A stretch of DNA of 64,000 nt, taken from assembly GCA_964016885.1 (NCBI GenBank), contig OZ024742.1, positions 286,006,001 through 286,070,000 of the forward strand, in the 5' to 3' direction. Position 1 is the stretch's first letter. Each line of letters opens with the position of its first letter. Shown here in pieces: positions 1 through 12,969 of this stretch. Both the position numbers and the translations under genes were made by a program. Source of the stretch: Eledone cirrhosa. Taxonomy: Eukaryota. The notes below the pieces were generated by a model. That model was not told the DNA's origin and ran no database searches. It was given only the letters and a program-made list of their open reading frames with translations.

Positions 1-305
1 GTCCCTGCTGCAGGACGTAATTACCCACTGTGTTTCTGTCCCAGGCCATAATAGCCCGTTGTGTCTCTTCCCCAGGATGTAATGACCCACTCTCTCTGCT
101 CCAGAACGTAACAGTTCACAGAGCCTCTGCCCTAGGACGTAATGACCCTGTGTGTCTCTGTCCCTGGACGTAATAGCCCTGTGTGTCTCTGCCGCAGGAC
201 GTAATGACCTTGTATGTCTCTGCCCCTGGACGAAATAGCCCACTGTGTCTCTGCCCCATGACATAATGACCCGCTGTGCCTCGGCCCTATGATGTAATGA
301 CCCCT
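1..305. repeat. Degenerate ~38-bp minisatellite (caggacgtaatgacccactgtgtctctgccc-like unit)
   Basis: Motif ggacgtaatgaccc...tgtgtctctg recurs about 8 times; runs off the window start. Confidence 0.8.
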
Positions 306-334
306 TTGAGTCATTGAGTTTGAAACCCTCGCAA

Positions 335-420
335 TCGTAGAAGACACTTGCCCAAGTTACCATACATTGAGACTGAACCAGAAACCACGTGGTTATAGAA
401 TTCTGAACCACACAACTAGG
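335..420 (-). mobile_element. Degenerate tRNA/CORE-type SINE 5' fragment
   Basis: gaagacacttgcccaag...gactgaaccagaaaccacgtggtt...aaccacac is the reverse complement of a tRNA-like head plus CORE-like cttgggcaagtgtctt. Confidence 0.5.
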
Positions 421-611
421 TCTATACACATACACGTACACACTCACACACGTGGGAATGTGTGTGTGTGAGTGCCTATGTTGTGTACATGCAAAGACAC
501 GTGACATACAAAAACTCGTCTCCATCGCCATCCTCCGAGGCAATGTCTTCTCCATTCTATCCAGGGCCGGGACCACGGGGCGAACTAACCCTAAACAGTG
601 AATAGTAAATA

Positions 612-615
<4 letters not shown>

Positions 616-690
<75 letters not shown>
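616..690. repeat. (CT)n microsatellite
   Basis: Direct reading. Confidence 0.95.
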
Positions 691-691
<1 letters not shown>

Positions 692-890
692 TCCTCTCTG
701 TGTCTCTCTTCCACTCCTCTTCATACACACATACAGTAAAAATGCAGAATGTAATAAATAAATAAAAGATATGTAGACGAGGCGGAGAACAACAAATAAA
801 GGGGATGGTTGTGAAAAGGGGAGAGACTTCTGTCTTGAGGTGATGGGAAGTAAAGCAAGTACTTTAATTTAACCCATTGGGAAGTATAGC

Positions 891-934
<44 letters not shown>

Positions 935-1394
935 ATGTTGTTGTTGGTGGTGGTAATAGTAGTAGTAGTATGCGTTCAATGGGTGATGGTGTAGGAGACT
1001 ATACATAAAGATGGGGCTAGAGAGTGCCGTCTGGTTCACTCCATTCATCACAAGATTTCGACTATTCATGTTTTAATACTAGCATTAATCTTTTTCTTAT
1101 TTTTTAGTATATAACCCTGTTGACATCTCTGTCAGACAGATACTTCAAACAAAACAATAGACCGCCGCTAGAAAATAAAAGCTGTCCCCTTTTACCACAC
1201 TCCTTAAAGATATTATTAATTTTATGTTTATTTATTTATATTGTATTTATTTTGGGGGGGTTATTTTTTGTCTTAGTTATTTTGTTTCTTAAGGACCCTA
1301 GGTCAAACGTGAAAGAAAAAATAGATTTCCCGCCAAAACTCACTAGACAGACCACCTATAGTGTCGGGATGTTGTCTTATTAATGTTATTTATA

Positions 1395-2255
1395 GAGAGT
1401 CGGACACCATGCTTTGCAGCTTAGAGTTACGGTCCTTTACGGTCTGAGTTCAAATCCCACCGAGGTTGACTTTGCCTTTCATCCTTACGGGGTCGATAAA
1501 ATAAAGTACCAGTAACGCACTAGGTCGATTTAATCGACTTTCTCTCCCCTTCAAATTGCTGGCCTTGTGCCAATTATTAATGTTCGGCCAGGACCTACAC
1601 TAAAGCGGACTTACTAAATTTTTAGCAGGGCGGTGGATTGGCGCCGGATCAAATGCTTTGTGGCACAGATTTACGGCCCTTTACGTGCTGATTTCAAATT
1701 CCGGTGAGGTTAGCTTTGTCTTTCATCCTTACGGGGTCGATAAAATAAAGTACCAGTCACGCACTGGGGTCGATTTAATCGACTTTCCCCTCCCTCAAAA
1801 TTGCTGGCCTTGTGCCTATATAAGAAACCATTAAGGTTATTAATGTTAAGGACGGTGGATTGGCAGTATCGGTAGAGGATCGGACGCCATGCTTTGAAGC
1901 ATAGAGTTACGTCCCTTTACGATCTGAGTTCAAATCCCGCCGAGGTTAACTTTACCTTCCATCCTTACAGGGGTCGATAAAATAAAGCACCAGTAACGTA
2001 CTGGGGCTCGATTTAATCGATTTTCCCCTCCCTCCAAATTACTGGCCTTGTGCCTATACTAGAAATCATTGGTGGATTGGCAGTATCGGTAGAAAGTCGG
2101 ACGTTATGCAAAGAGTTACGCCCCTTTACGGTCTGAGTTCAAATCCCGTCGAGGCTAACTTTACCTTTCATCCTTACGAAGTCTATAAAATAAAGTACCA
2201 GTAATGTACTGGGATAATTGCTGGCCTTGTGCCAAAAGTAAAAGCCATTAATAAT
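1395..2255 (+). mobile_element. Head-to-tail array of four copies of the abundant tRNA-derived SINE (family S1)
   Basis: Each copy has an A-box-like tggcagtatcgg where the head is intact, B-box gagttcaaatcc, body gcctttcatccttacggggtcgataaaataaagtaccag and tail gctggccttgtgcc(...gaaac-att); copies at about 1395, 1628, 1849 and 2070. Confidence 0.85.
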
Positions 2256-2751
2256 TGTTTCTACTTTTATTCTGTATTTTTGTTGTTTCTTTTTATATTC
2301 GCGTTTCTTGTCTGTGGGAATCCCAGAGTATGGACGTCGACCATAGCCATAAGTAAATGTGGAAGCACGTGGGAGGATCCTTTTGTTCCCTTAAAGTGCG
2401 AGCTCTATGTGTTACTATGTCTGTGGCAGCACATGTATGTGTGTTTTCCCGCCACTATCGGTTCGTCTGAGTGAGATTATGAATGTTTTGTTTGAGCCCA
2501 TTGCCCCGCAACAATGTTGCTTCCTCTCTCCAGTTCTCCCTTTACATAAAGAAAAAGGGGGAAGGAGTTTTATAAAATACACGTGGAAGGGACCAGCTCA
2601 CGTTCTCATTGAATGGATATATATGTATGTATATGCTTATGTGTGTGTGTGTCGTGTATACACACACTCATACTGGTGTATGTGTATATCCATGTGTGTG
2701 TATGTATATATCTTAAAATGATATATTAAGACTTCTCTCTCATTCTATACA

Positions 2752-2834
<83 letters not shown>

Positions 2835-2982
2835 GCGTGTGTGTGCTGTTTATGGTTAAAGAGTTTGCTTCGGAAACCATGCGTGTTCGGGTTCACTTCC
2901 ACTGTGGAAACCGAAAGTGTGTGTACACATGAGTGTGTGTGTGTATATATATATATACATATGTGTGTGTGTATATATGTAT

Positions 2983-3251
<269 letters not shown>

Positions 3252-3965
3252 TCGTTTTAAGGACTGGGTGCTCTAAACCCTTGGATATTTACACCGAGTT
3301 TGTACTAATATATATATATATATATATTAGTATTGGTACTAACGATGTATACATGAATGTATGTACAGTATATTTGGCAATATACTGTATGTTTAATTAA
3401 AAAAATTAAAAACATTTAGAAGACCATTCACTGTGAATTTTAAAGTAGTGACTATGTCACCTTTTCTCGGCTCTTGTTTTACATTACCACTTTCAGCATA
3501 TAATGCTGAAACCGGTATTGTAAATAAATTAATGTTTTGATATTTCACTGAAAGAATCTCTTCAACATTTTCTATTGAAAAAAAATATTTTTCCTTTCTA
3601 CTATTTGTTTTTATATATATCAACTCGTGTGTTAATTTTCTACATTCGATATATACAGTATATATATATATATATATATATGAAAAGAGTCAGGACCCCG
3701 ACGGCTGAGCTCCGGCCGTTTCGACAGCTAGATCCGAACTGTCATATATATATATGACAGCAACAATTTCGATTCATTTCCAGTATTATATATACATACA
3801 TATCTATCTATCTATCTATTTATCTACACACACACACATATGGTGTGAAACATTAAGTTACTATTGGTTCACCAGTTTGAGGACTTGATGCCGGTGTGGT
3901 CTTGTACGGTGTGGTCTTGTACACAGTAGTTGGTATCCTTAAGAAGCGGAGTGTTAATAATGATA

Positions 3966-4141
3966 ATAATTGTTTCTATTTTAGGCACAAGGCCAGCAAT
4001 TACCCAGTGGTTCTTTATTTTATCGACCCCGTAAGGATGAAAGGCAAAGTTTACCTCGGCGGGATTTGAACTCAGAATGGCAAGGGCCGTAACTCTATGC
4101 GTCAAAGCATGGCGTCCGACCCTCTACCGATACTGCCAATC
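3966..4141 (-). mobile_element. SINE S1 copy
   Basis: Reverse complement of the S1 consensus with (AAT)n tail. Confidence 0.85.
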
Positions 4142-4302
4142 ATGAGTAGGAACAAGGTATCAACATATATAATGTATGTCATTCAGTAAATTACTTTTGG
4201 TGGTAGAATTATGAGCACTCGATACACAGGCATAATGTATATGAGAAAGACGATGATGTTTTGTTTACACATATTTATGTTTTTGTTCTGTATCAACCTA
4301 GT

Positions 4303-4350
<48 letters not shown>

Positions 4351-4396
4351 GATCGAGTATCGAAAAATCGGCGCACGAGTTCACGATAAACGAGAT

Positions 4397-4435
<39 letters not shown>

Positions 4436-4437
<2 letters not shown>

Positions 4438-4640
4438 CAAAGAGGGTGTGGTAAGATACCAGGTGGACCATAACGCACCAGAGTACTCAATACTTAGGGT
4501 AGTAGAGTTTGTAATAGGAAAAGAGTCAGGACCCCGGCGGCTGAGCTCCGGCCGTTTCAACGACTAGATCCGAACCGTTCGGATCTAGCTGTTGAAACAG
4601 CCGGAGTTCAGCCGTCGGGGGTCCTGACTGTTTTGCTATA
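4436..4640. mobile_element. F1 fold-back element
   Basis: Long arm plus inverted short arm centred at about 4576 (tagatccgaac-c-gttcggatcta); (TA)n on both sides. Confidence 0.75.
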
Positions 4641-4652
4641 TATATATATATA

Positions 4653-4806
4653 TATAATAATAATATATGTAGAAATAAACACAGTAAATTCTGCGTCTAA
4701 AATTACGAGGGTAGATTATACCACATGTGGTATAGTGGTATAATCTACCCTCGTAATTTTAGACGCAGAATTTACTGTGTTTATTTCTACATATATTATT
4801 ATTATA
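4653..4806. repeat. Inverted repeat with 72-bp arms and a 10-nt spacer
   Basis: 4653-4724 is the reverse complement of 4735-4806. Confidence 0.9.
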
Positions 4807-4871
4807 ATGCTCAGTATTTATACTTTGAGCTTGTTAATTGCAGGGTATCAATATGAGTTAATAACTCTATA

Positions 4872-4904
<33 letters not shown>

Positions 4905-5126
4905 GATTACACAAGTTTAAAGTTATGTTAAAACATTTAATCGCTGACAATTGTTTCTTCCAAACTAAGCTTGGAGTCCTCGGAGCATTATCAATGTTTG
5001 TACATATAATTAACCTCCTATTCAACTGAAGAATCATACAGATACATATATATTGATGTTGTGGACAACAGTTTACAGGGTGGAATAGATGCGACATATA
5101 TTATACGAGAATTTTAATAAATATAT

Positions 5127-5711
5127 ATATTTATTAAAATAACAGATTAAAGTTTAAGCAAAGAATTGCTGCTTTCATCCTTAACGGGATCTTCTGAAAC
5201 TAAAAAAGTCAATCTGTGAACGCAGAAGTAAATATTTCAAAAAACGTTGCAACCGAAGGAAGACAGGAAGACGATACTTTGGTTCGTGGAAACGTTCCCT
5301 GGCAAAGAACGAAAAAAAAAAAACGAAGATAATACGTCATTATTTGGTGCAGCGAAAACAATTACACGCGAAGACAAAACCACGTTTATGGTATAAATGA
5401 AGTCGTAGACTAATATTCTATTAGGTGGTTCATGGAGGACTTCATTTATACCATAAACGTGGTTTTGTCTTCGCGCGTAATTGTTTTTACTGCACCAAAT
5501 AATGACGTATTATCTTCGTTTTTTTCCGTTTTTTGCCAGGAAACGTTTCCACGAACCAAAGTATCGTCTTCCTGTCTTCCTTCGGTTGCAACGTTTTTTG
5601 AAATATTTACTTCTGCGTTCACAGATTGACTTTTTTAGTTTCGGAAGATCCCGTTAAGGGTGAAAGCAGCGATTCTTTGCTTAAAATTTAATCTGTTATT
5701 TTAATAAATAT
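5127..5711. repeat. Long fold-back (about 275-bp arms, 33-nt spacer) with degenerate HHR-like motifs near the outer ends
   Basis: 5127-5404 vs 5438-5711 are reverse complements with few mismatches; another copy of the arm end at about 59083-59197. Confidence 0.85.
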
Positions 5712-6102
5712 TTGCTCTACGGTTCTTATATATCTGATATATATTTATCATTATCGAGCCCTCTTTGCATTTTAGTCTTCAAATTTATTATTATTACTAT
5801 ATATATATATATATATATATATGATGAGAAATGAAAGGAGCTGTGTAGTTACTAAAAACAAGGCTTAGGATTGTGGTTTGGACGGAACAAAAGGAGAAAA
5901 GAAGAAAGAATCCTTCGTCAGCTGTAAAACCGCGATATACATATATATATATATATTGTTATACTTTGGGAGGGTCATTTTGCCAATAAGAAACACACGC
6001 ACCCACAGCTTTCACTTCAATTTATTATAATAAATTTATAAATTTAGGAATTTATAAATTTCCGGTTGGTTGGTTCCACAACCAGATGGTTGTTTATATA
6101 TT

Positions 6103-6145
6103 GTCAAAGTTCTTTCGTCACACATTCTGTGACCTCTTCAGTGAC
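6103..6145 (-). ncRNA. Minimal type I hammerhead ribozyme motif
   Basis: Minus strand GTCA-CTGAAGA-G-GTCACA gaatg TGTGAC-GAAA-GAAC-TT-TGAC: stem I GTCA/TGAC, 6-bp stem II, CUU site. Confidence 0.6.
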
Positions 6146-6197
6146 TGGGGATTCTTTTCTTTGTTTTGTGCCTCTCTTTTGTTCTGTCCTACGCCAT

Positions 6198-6472
6198 CTT
6201 GTTTTTGTGTGTGTGTTGTGTGCTCAGTCTGCGCATGCTCCACATCCGGGTGTCTGTGTGTGTTTATATTCGTTTATTTATTTGTTTATTTACATGTTAC
6301 CGGTTGGTTGTTTGTCCTATGTGCATGTGTGTTTTCATTTTGTCCACATAGAACAAACAACCAACCGGTAACATATAAATAAACAAATAAATAAACGAAT
6401 ATAAACACACACAGACACCCGGATGTGGCGCATGCGCAGACTGAGCACACAACACACACACAGAAACAAAAT
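6198..6472. repeat. Fold-back (about 125-bp arms) on the 5' side of the 6103-6145 HHR
   Basis: 6198-6323 vs 6345-6472 are reverse complements. Confidence 0.85.
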
Positions 6473-6856
6473 GTAATGATACATTTAAAAAAAGACGATA
6501 TTATATATAAACTGCATTAGGAGAAAATTAGTGACAGAAAATTAGTATGTTTATTTAAGCAATCACCACTGGAAGAGTGTTGACATCACACACTCTCTCT
6601 TTCTATATATATGGTAGTTGAAGTGATGGTGGTGTGACTATATGCATGCCTATTTCTATATGCATTTATGTGCGTGTGTAAATATGGCTTCACACACACG
6701 TGTATGTGTGCGCGCGCGCAAGTGAGTATTCATTTATTTGTTAAGGTTATAAACAACCTTTTGTTTTGTTTTTTCAACAGGTGAAAATTTCAATATAGAT
6801 TGTCTCGTTTCACACAAATAAATGGTCACTTTAGGAAATATATATACACACACACA

Positions 6857-6966
<110 letters not shown>

Positions 6967-7273
6967 AAACAATTTACCTTTTTCAGGCATGAAAATATAT
7001 TTCTAGTCTTTAATGTGAGATTACAAGGGACAAACAATTGTAACATTCCCATAGTCTGTCTGAATGGGACGTATTACTGGTGATGATGTTTTTGTTGTCG
7101 TTTTTAACTTCAAGGTCAGTCCTCATTAATTTGACCTACGTTTAAAGGAATTCTAGCTATTTTTCAGCGAAAAACACAACAGTAAATATCAAACCTACCT
7201 GCTATTTCAAGTGTTAATCTAATATATTCCTTCCATATGCTGTACCGATAGTGTTATTTCTGTTTACCTTTTA

Positions 7274-7360
<87 letters not shown>

Positions 7361-7851
7361 CATGATTTTGTCTTAAAGAATAAAACTAAATTGTATTTAC
7401 ATGATATATTTTTTTTTGCATAGAATAAAGTTGAGAATTAGTGTTGACATATAAGAACGAAATAAAAATGAAGTAAAAATGTGAACAAAAAAAAGGATTA
7501 AAATAATATATATTTTTCAAATGAGGTCCCCGACGATATGTGGCTTTAAGCTATAGCTAAATTAAGTCCAGTACTGACTATCATTCTTACACACACCCTA
7601 CCACGAATATGGGAACCTCTACGTTGTCACTGGACGTGCTAGAAAGTAGTAGCCATGTATCCCTCAAATTGTATCACATTGTCTATAAAAAAATGTAGAG
7701 GTTATATAGTATGAGGTGACACGTCTAAAGAATAGCTAAAATTTCTTTGATCATAGGTCTGGTTAATTAGGATTAACCTGGGGCTAAACAAGACCAGCAG
7801 TGATAAGGATACGTCACATTCACATGTAAATTGAGCTCTGTATTTTAAAAG

Positions 7852-8742
7852 ATAATTGTTTCTACTATTGGCACAAGGCCAGCAATTATCCCAGTACATT
7901 ACTGGTACCTTATTTTATCGACCCCGTAATGATGAAAAGCTAAGTTAACCTCGGCGGGATTTGTATTTTAAAAGATAATATTCATACTTTAACATAGACT
8001 TTACCAGGAAAGGATAACTGGACAGATTTTACGCGTAAAACCAACCCGCAGGAGACAAAAAAGTAGACAGAGAACAAGGTGGTTGGGTAACAACCATGAG
8101 TTTGGCTAGTCTCACTTGAGGAGCCAACAGGATCAGCTGGAGACGGTTGCTTCTAACAGGATCTACTAGAAGTAGTGTTTGAGGACCCTGCCCCCCCCCC
8201 TCCCGAAATAAGTGGGCGAAGAAGAAGAAAAAGAAAAAGAAAAAGAAAAAGAAAAAGAAAAAGAAAAAGAAAAAGAAAAAGAAATATTTATATCTACCTT
8301 ACACACCTCATACTAAAAATATTTCCCATATAAGACAATAACTGAGTCGTTATGTTGTCGATAGTCCGGCTAGAAATAATGATTTCGACATTAGACACAA
8401 AGCTAGTTAGGTGGGGGGAGGGGGCTTAAACCGACCCCTGTACTTGATTGGAACTTTTTTATCGACCTCGGCGAAATTTGAACTCAGAACGTAAAGAGCT
8501 GTAACCAAACACTACGAAGGAATTTCTGCCAATCAACCGCCCTAGAAACATCTGCGAGAAATAATTGTTTCTACTTTTGGCACAAGGCCAGCAATTACGC
8601 AGTACAATACTGGTACTTTATTTTATCGACCCCGTAAGGATGAAAGGCAAAGTTAACCTCGGCGGGATTTGAACTCAGATCGTAAAGGGACGTAACTATG
8701 CTGGAAAGCATGTCCGACCCTCTACCGATACTGCCAATCCAA
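7852..8742 (-). mobile_element. Cluster of three S1 SINE copies or fragments (about 7852-7962, 8375-8545, 8560-8742)
   Basis: Reverse-complement S1 body and tail motifs. Confidence 0.75.
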
Positions 8743-9488
8743 CGACCAAATTTCCTTCAAATTATACCACACTGTCGTTAGAAAAAAAAAATAAAGAGAC
8801 TAGTGGCAAGGTTGGATTTAGACCTTGGAGGGGCCCGGGGCATTTCAGGTTTGAGGGGGCCCCTGATACACAAAAAAAAAATAGAATACACAGCACACCC
8901 CCATCCACACACCCTATTTTACATATCAAAATTAGCTTGGCGTAAATAGTTGGACTTGAAAAGTTATACATACAAGTATTAAATTAAAAAATTCTAACCA
9001 TCCTAAAACTAAAAAGCCCGGCTGGGGGCTCAAATAAGAAGCTACGGATGTCGTTGTTTTGAAAGGCTTATTTTTCAGTGACTTCTCAATCAGCCGACAC
9101 AAACCTACATTTGGCGCAAAATCAATTTTTAACATTCACATGACCTCTACCGACCAATCAAAATTGTTTTAACCACAAGAATTTTTGCAACACGAATTGG
9201 CGCGAAACTTATTTTAATACATCTGGAGCCACTTTTTTCACATAAAGCAGGTAGAATTTCCAAAACTAATCAGATTAGAGCAAACATCACGGCGCTCTAT
9301 CTCAACATTATTTTTGAAAAGCATTAGAAATGCGCAACCAGTAAAACTTAAAACCAAAACTGAATACTAACCAATACTATTACTAATTTTTACTTATTCC
9401 TAATTAAACTATTTTTCACTGGGAACAATTTGTCAGCATTTTCTTTTCCGTTTACCAATATATCATAACTCGTGTGTTACACCTCTAT

Positions 9489-9557
<69 letters not shown>

Positions 9558-9563
<6 letters not shown>

Positions 9564-10101
9564 ATTTTCTTATTTTACGTCTCTCATATTATTGTTCTGC
9601 AACCCCATGCATTGAACCACAAAGTTACTAAGACAAAACCTATATATTTGCTAGCATTGATATGCATATGTATGTATATATATGTTACTAGATATTAATT
9701 CTTTATAATTATCTCCAAATTATTTGTCGAGCAATATTGGCCAAGACTGCTGCTATGGTAGCAGGCAGGCCGCTGTCTTATTAACAAACCACTTTCCACT
9801 GATTGACCTCGATGTCACGTGATTGATTCTTTTTGAATTTGCCACCGACGCAGAGGCAGTGATTTTCTCAATGGCTAGGAATTCAGTCCACGCTTTGCTA
9901 TTTTCTATCCACTGAATTATTTTTGAATAAGTTTCCAGAGTCCACACTTTGCCTGGATACTTAGATAAGAATAGTCTTCCCTGACGACGAAATGATTCTC
10001 TATGTTTTCTTCGGAAAATATATTTATTCCATTTCAGAAACTAATTAGTTGGAAGTGATATTTTAGTAACTAAGTTAATTTTATAATTTTCTTATTTTAC
10101 G

Positions 10102-10111
<10 letters not shown>
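9558..10111 (+). mobile_element. Terminally redundant 522-bp unit with HHR, between (TA)n tracts (retrozyme- or PLE-like)
   Basis: 32-bp direct repeat tttataattttcttattttacgtctctcatat at 9558-9589 and 10080-10111; HHR inside. Confidence 0.65.
9976..10055 (+). ncRNA. Type I hammerhead ribozyme motif with long stem II
   Basis: CTTCC-CTGACGA-cGAAATG...TATGTTTTC-TTCG-GAAAATATA...CATTTCa-GAAA-CTAATTAG-TT-GGAAG; palindromic stem III, GUU site. Confidence 0.7.
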
Positions 10112-10160
<49 letters not shown>

Positions 10161-10219
10161 ACCACCGGGATTTTATATATATTCCTATATATATATATAA
10201 TCCTTATCGAGCCCTCTCC

Positions 10220-10284
<65 letters not shown>

Positions 10285-10334
10285 TACAAACACATTCATA
10301 TACATACATATTTACATACATGCAAACTAAATTA

Positions 10335-10530
10335 TTTTTAATCTAGACACAAGATCAGCAATTTAGGAAGGAAGTGGGGATTTAATTATATTAAACCACT
10401 TAACTGGTAATTTATTTTATCAACCACAGAAAGATGAAAGGCAAAGTTGACCTCAGTAGGATTTGAACTCAGAATGTAGAAAGTCGCAACTAAATACCGC
10501 AAACCATTTTTTCCGACGTTCTACCAATCC
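10335..10530 (-). mobile_element. Diverged SINE S1 copy
   Basis: gatgaaaggcaaagttgacctcagtaggatttgaactcag. Confidence 0.7.
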
Positions 10531-10595
10531 AGTTCCTACAATACCTACATTTTCTATGTGCTCACTCAATGGAACAAAAAATAATGCAAATCAAA

Positions 10596-10760
10596 TACTC
10601 TCGGGTCCCAAATAATAAGGGGTAGGGATAAGCTCAGGAGTTGATCTAAGCGGTGGAGTAAGAACAAGTGGTTGTAGGAGGCTGGAATAGGAGCGGGGTG
10701 GATGGAAATTTTATTTTAATTAATATCGGGGGAGGAACGATTATTCGTGACCCGAGAATA
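10596..10760. mobile_element. MITE with about 20-bp imperfect TIRs, TA-flanked
   Basis: tactctcgggtcccaaataa ... ttattcgtgacccgagaata. Confidence 0.6.
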
Positions 10761-10882
10761 TACTATTTTACTCTTTTCTTTGTTCCATCCTGTCCAAATA
10801 AAATTCTAAAATACAAAATTAGTATATAGTTTTTCGCTCTAACACAGCGGATACGTAAATGCAACGAATCGAATATTATTAT

Positions 10883-11005
10883 TGAGTTCAAATCCCGCCG
10901 AGGTTAACTTTGCCTTTCATCCTTACGGGGTCGATAAAATAAAGTACCAGTAATGCACTGGGATAATTGCTGGCCTTGTGCCAAAAGTAGAAACAATTAT
11001 TATTA
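10883..11005 (+). mobile_element. 5'-truncated SINE S1 with (ATT)n tail
   Basis: B-box through tail; attattatt on both sides. Confidence 0.8.
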
Positions 11006-11862
11006 TTCGATACAAAACTCATGAATACATTTTAAAAATATATTTTTACTGAAATACTTTTGTTTCTGGAAACTGAATGTATTTGTATAGACTCAAAGTA
11101 GGACAGTTGCCTCCCAAAAATAAATGAGAGAAATTTGAATATAAGGTAGAATGGATTCATGAATGCCCCTTTAAACATTTTTTTTTATTGGGATACGTTT
11201 TTAATAAATCAATTCACACTTGTATAAATAACATTACAAATATTGATGGAAATATGAAAGAAAAAGAAAAAGAGAAAAAGAAAATCAAGCAACGAACCGA
11301 GAAGGACGGGGTTAAAAAAGGGACAGATCTGATTGTATAGGATAGTAGGAGAAAGGGCTATAAATGTGAGGAAAAGCAAGGACTATGAGGCCACGAAAGA
11401 AAGGGAGGGCGCCCCACGGACAAAACTGCAAAGGCATTTCCGCAGACAATGGCCAGCGACACTCGCTGCATCAGCCCCCTCACCTCCTTTCTCAGACGTG
11501 CTGCTGACTGAACAAGAAACATATCAACATTCCTTTTTTTAATCTATTAGATCCCAAATGAACGGAAATCTCCTTTGATTTATATTACAAAACTATCCGT
11601 TTTACTGTATTCATATGTTTATTAAAACCTTCCATTATGATTTTATGTAATGAAATCAGTAACTGGGAGGTACGGGGATTCGTAGCGGCCAATGACAACT
11701 TCTTTTCCCCTCTTTAAGGGTCTTCTCCCTATATTATTCGCCCTATCTCCTAAGCGCTTCGTAAAAGTCCGAGAGATCGGCTACGACCTCTCTTTAAGTT
11801 TATGTTCCAAACACCAGCTATTTAAATAGGTTAGTATTAAAAGTGTTTCAAAATCATCATCA

Positions 11863-12100
11863 TCTTCTTCTTTTTCTTCTTCTTCTTCTTCTTCTTCTTC
11901 TTCTTCTTCTTCTTCTTCTTCTTCTTCTTCTTCTTCTTCTTCTTCTTCTTCTTCTTCTTCTTCTTCTTCTTCACCCACGTATTCTTATGAGTGTCGAGAG
12001 CCAAGCTCATGGATGTTATCCAACCATCTTGCTCGTTCTCTACTCCTGGGTCTCCAGCCTGTTGGTTTTACACGTAAAATCCGTTCCCAAAATCATCATT
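11863..12100 (-). mobile_element. Degraded RTE-like LINE 3' end with (GAA)n tail
   Basis: (TTC)n tract abutting a degenerate 'RPRSRERARWLDNIHEL'-like C-terminal remnant. Confidence 0.4.
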
Positions 12101-12250
12101 AGAAATATGGGAACGAAAGTTTTAACTACTTTCTCTCCCCAATGATGGAATAATGAGAAAAAGTAAAAATAGATTGTCTCATCTGGTCAGTACTTTCTTT
12201 GTCTGCCGCCCCTCAAAGAAGAATTCAATAATTTGTCCCCCCCCCCTCTC

Positions 12251-12337
<87 letters not shown>

Positions 12338-12342
12338 AATAA

Positions 12343-12373
<31 letters not shown>

Positions 12374-12374
<1 letters not shown>

Positions 12375-12538
12375 ACGGAAAAAATGAAACAAAATTTCAT
12401 TTCTCACTCTTAGTACGGCTGTTACTTAAATATAAGTATGTATACGTACATACATATATGTATACAGTAGTATGTATATATATATATATATACATACTAC
12501 TGTACATCTGTATAAATATATGTATGTACGTATACATA

Positions 12539-12540
<2 letters not shown>
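12374..12540. repeat. (TA)n-embedded dispersed repeat; second copy at about 49064-49288
   Basis: acggaaaaaatgaaac(a/g)aaatttcatttctcactcttagtacggctgttacttaaatataag is shared. Confidence 0.8.
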
Positions 12541-12586
<46 letters not shown>

Positions 12587-12590
<4 letters not shown>

Positions 12591-12840
12591 CTTGATCACC
12601 TTGACCGACCAGTCTGTCGGGCACCAATCGGCGCCGCTGGTCACAGCTCGTCGTGCTGTTTTAGCCATAAGATAAGGCCATCCCACTGGCTGGGCGGGCA
12701 GGCTGGTACTCTACAGCTGAGTAAACTGGAGCAACGTGAAATAAAGTGTCTTGCTCAAGGAAACAACACATCACCCGGTCCGAGAATTGAACTCACAACC
12801 TTTCGATTGCAAGCCCAATGCTCTAACCACTAAGCCACAT
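12587..12840 (-). mobile_element. tRNA-derived CORE-type SINE (family S2)
   Basis: Minus strand gtggcttagtggttagagc...gagttcaattctc + ccttgagcaagacactttatttcacgttgctccagt; near-identical plus-strand copy at 47775-48026. Confidence 0.85.
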
Positions 12841-12850
12841 ATATATATAT

Positions 12851-12969
12851 GTTTACGACCATATCACGCTGAAAACACCGGTTCTCGTCTGATCACCGAA
12901 GTTAAGCAACGTCGAACCTAGTTAGTACTTAGCTGGGTGACCGCTTGGGAAACCTAGGTGCTGTAAGCA
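12851..12969 (+). rRNA. 5S rRNA-derived sequence, probably the head of a SINE3 or a pseudogene
   Basis: Full about 119-nt 5S-like sequence with ctcgtctgatc, A-box agttaagc, agtactt..ctgggtgaccgcttgggaa, ending ggtgctgtaagc; only TTT follows, then a SINE-like tail. Confidence 0.85.

Noticed and set aside
12851-12969. Functional 5S rDNA unit
   Set aside because: Solitary, preceded by (TA)n, lacks a T4+ terminator and is fused to a SINE tail
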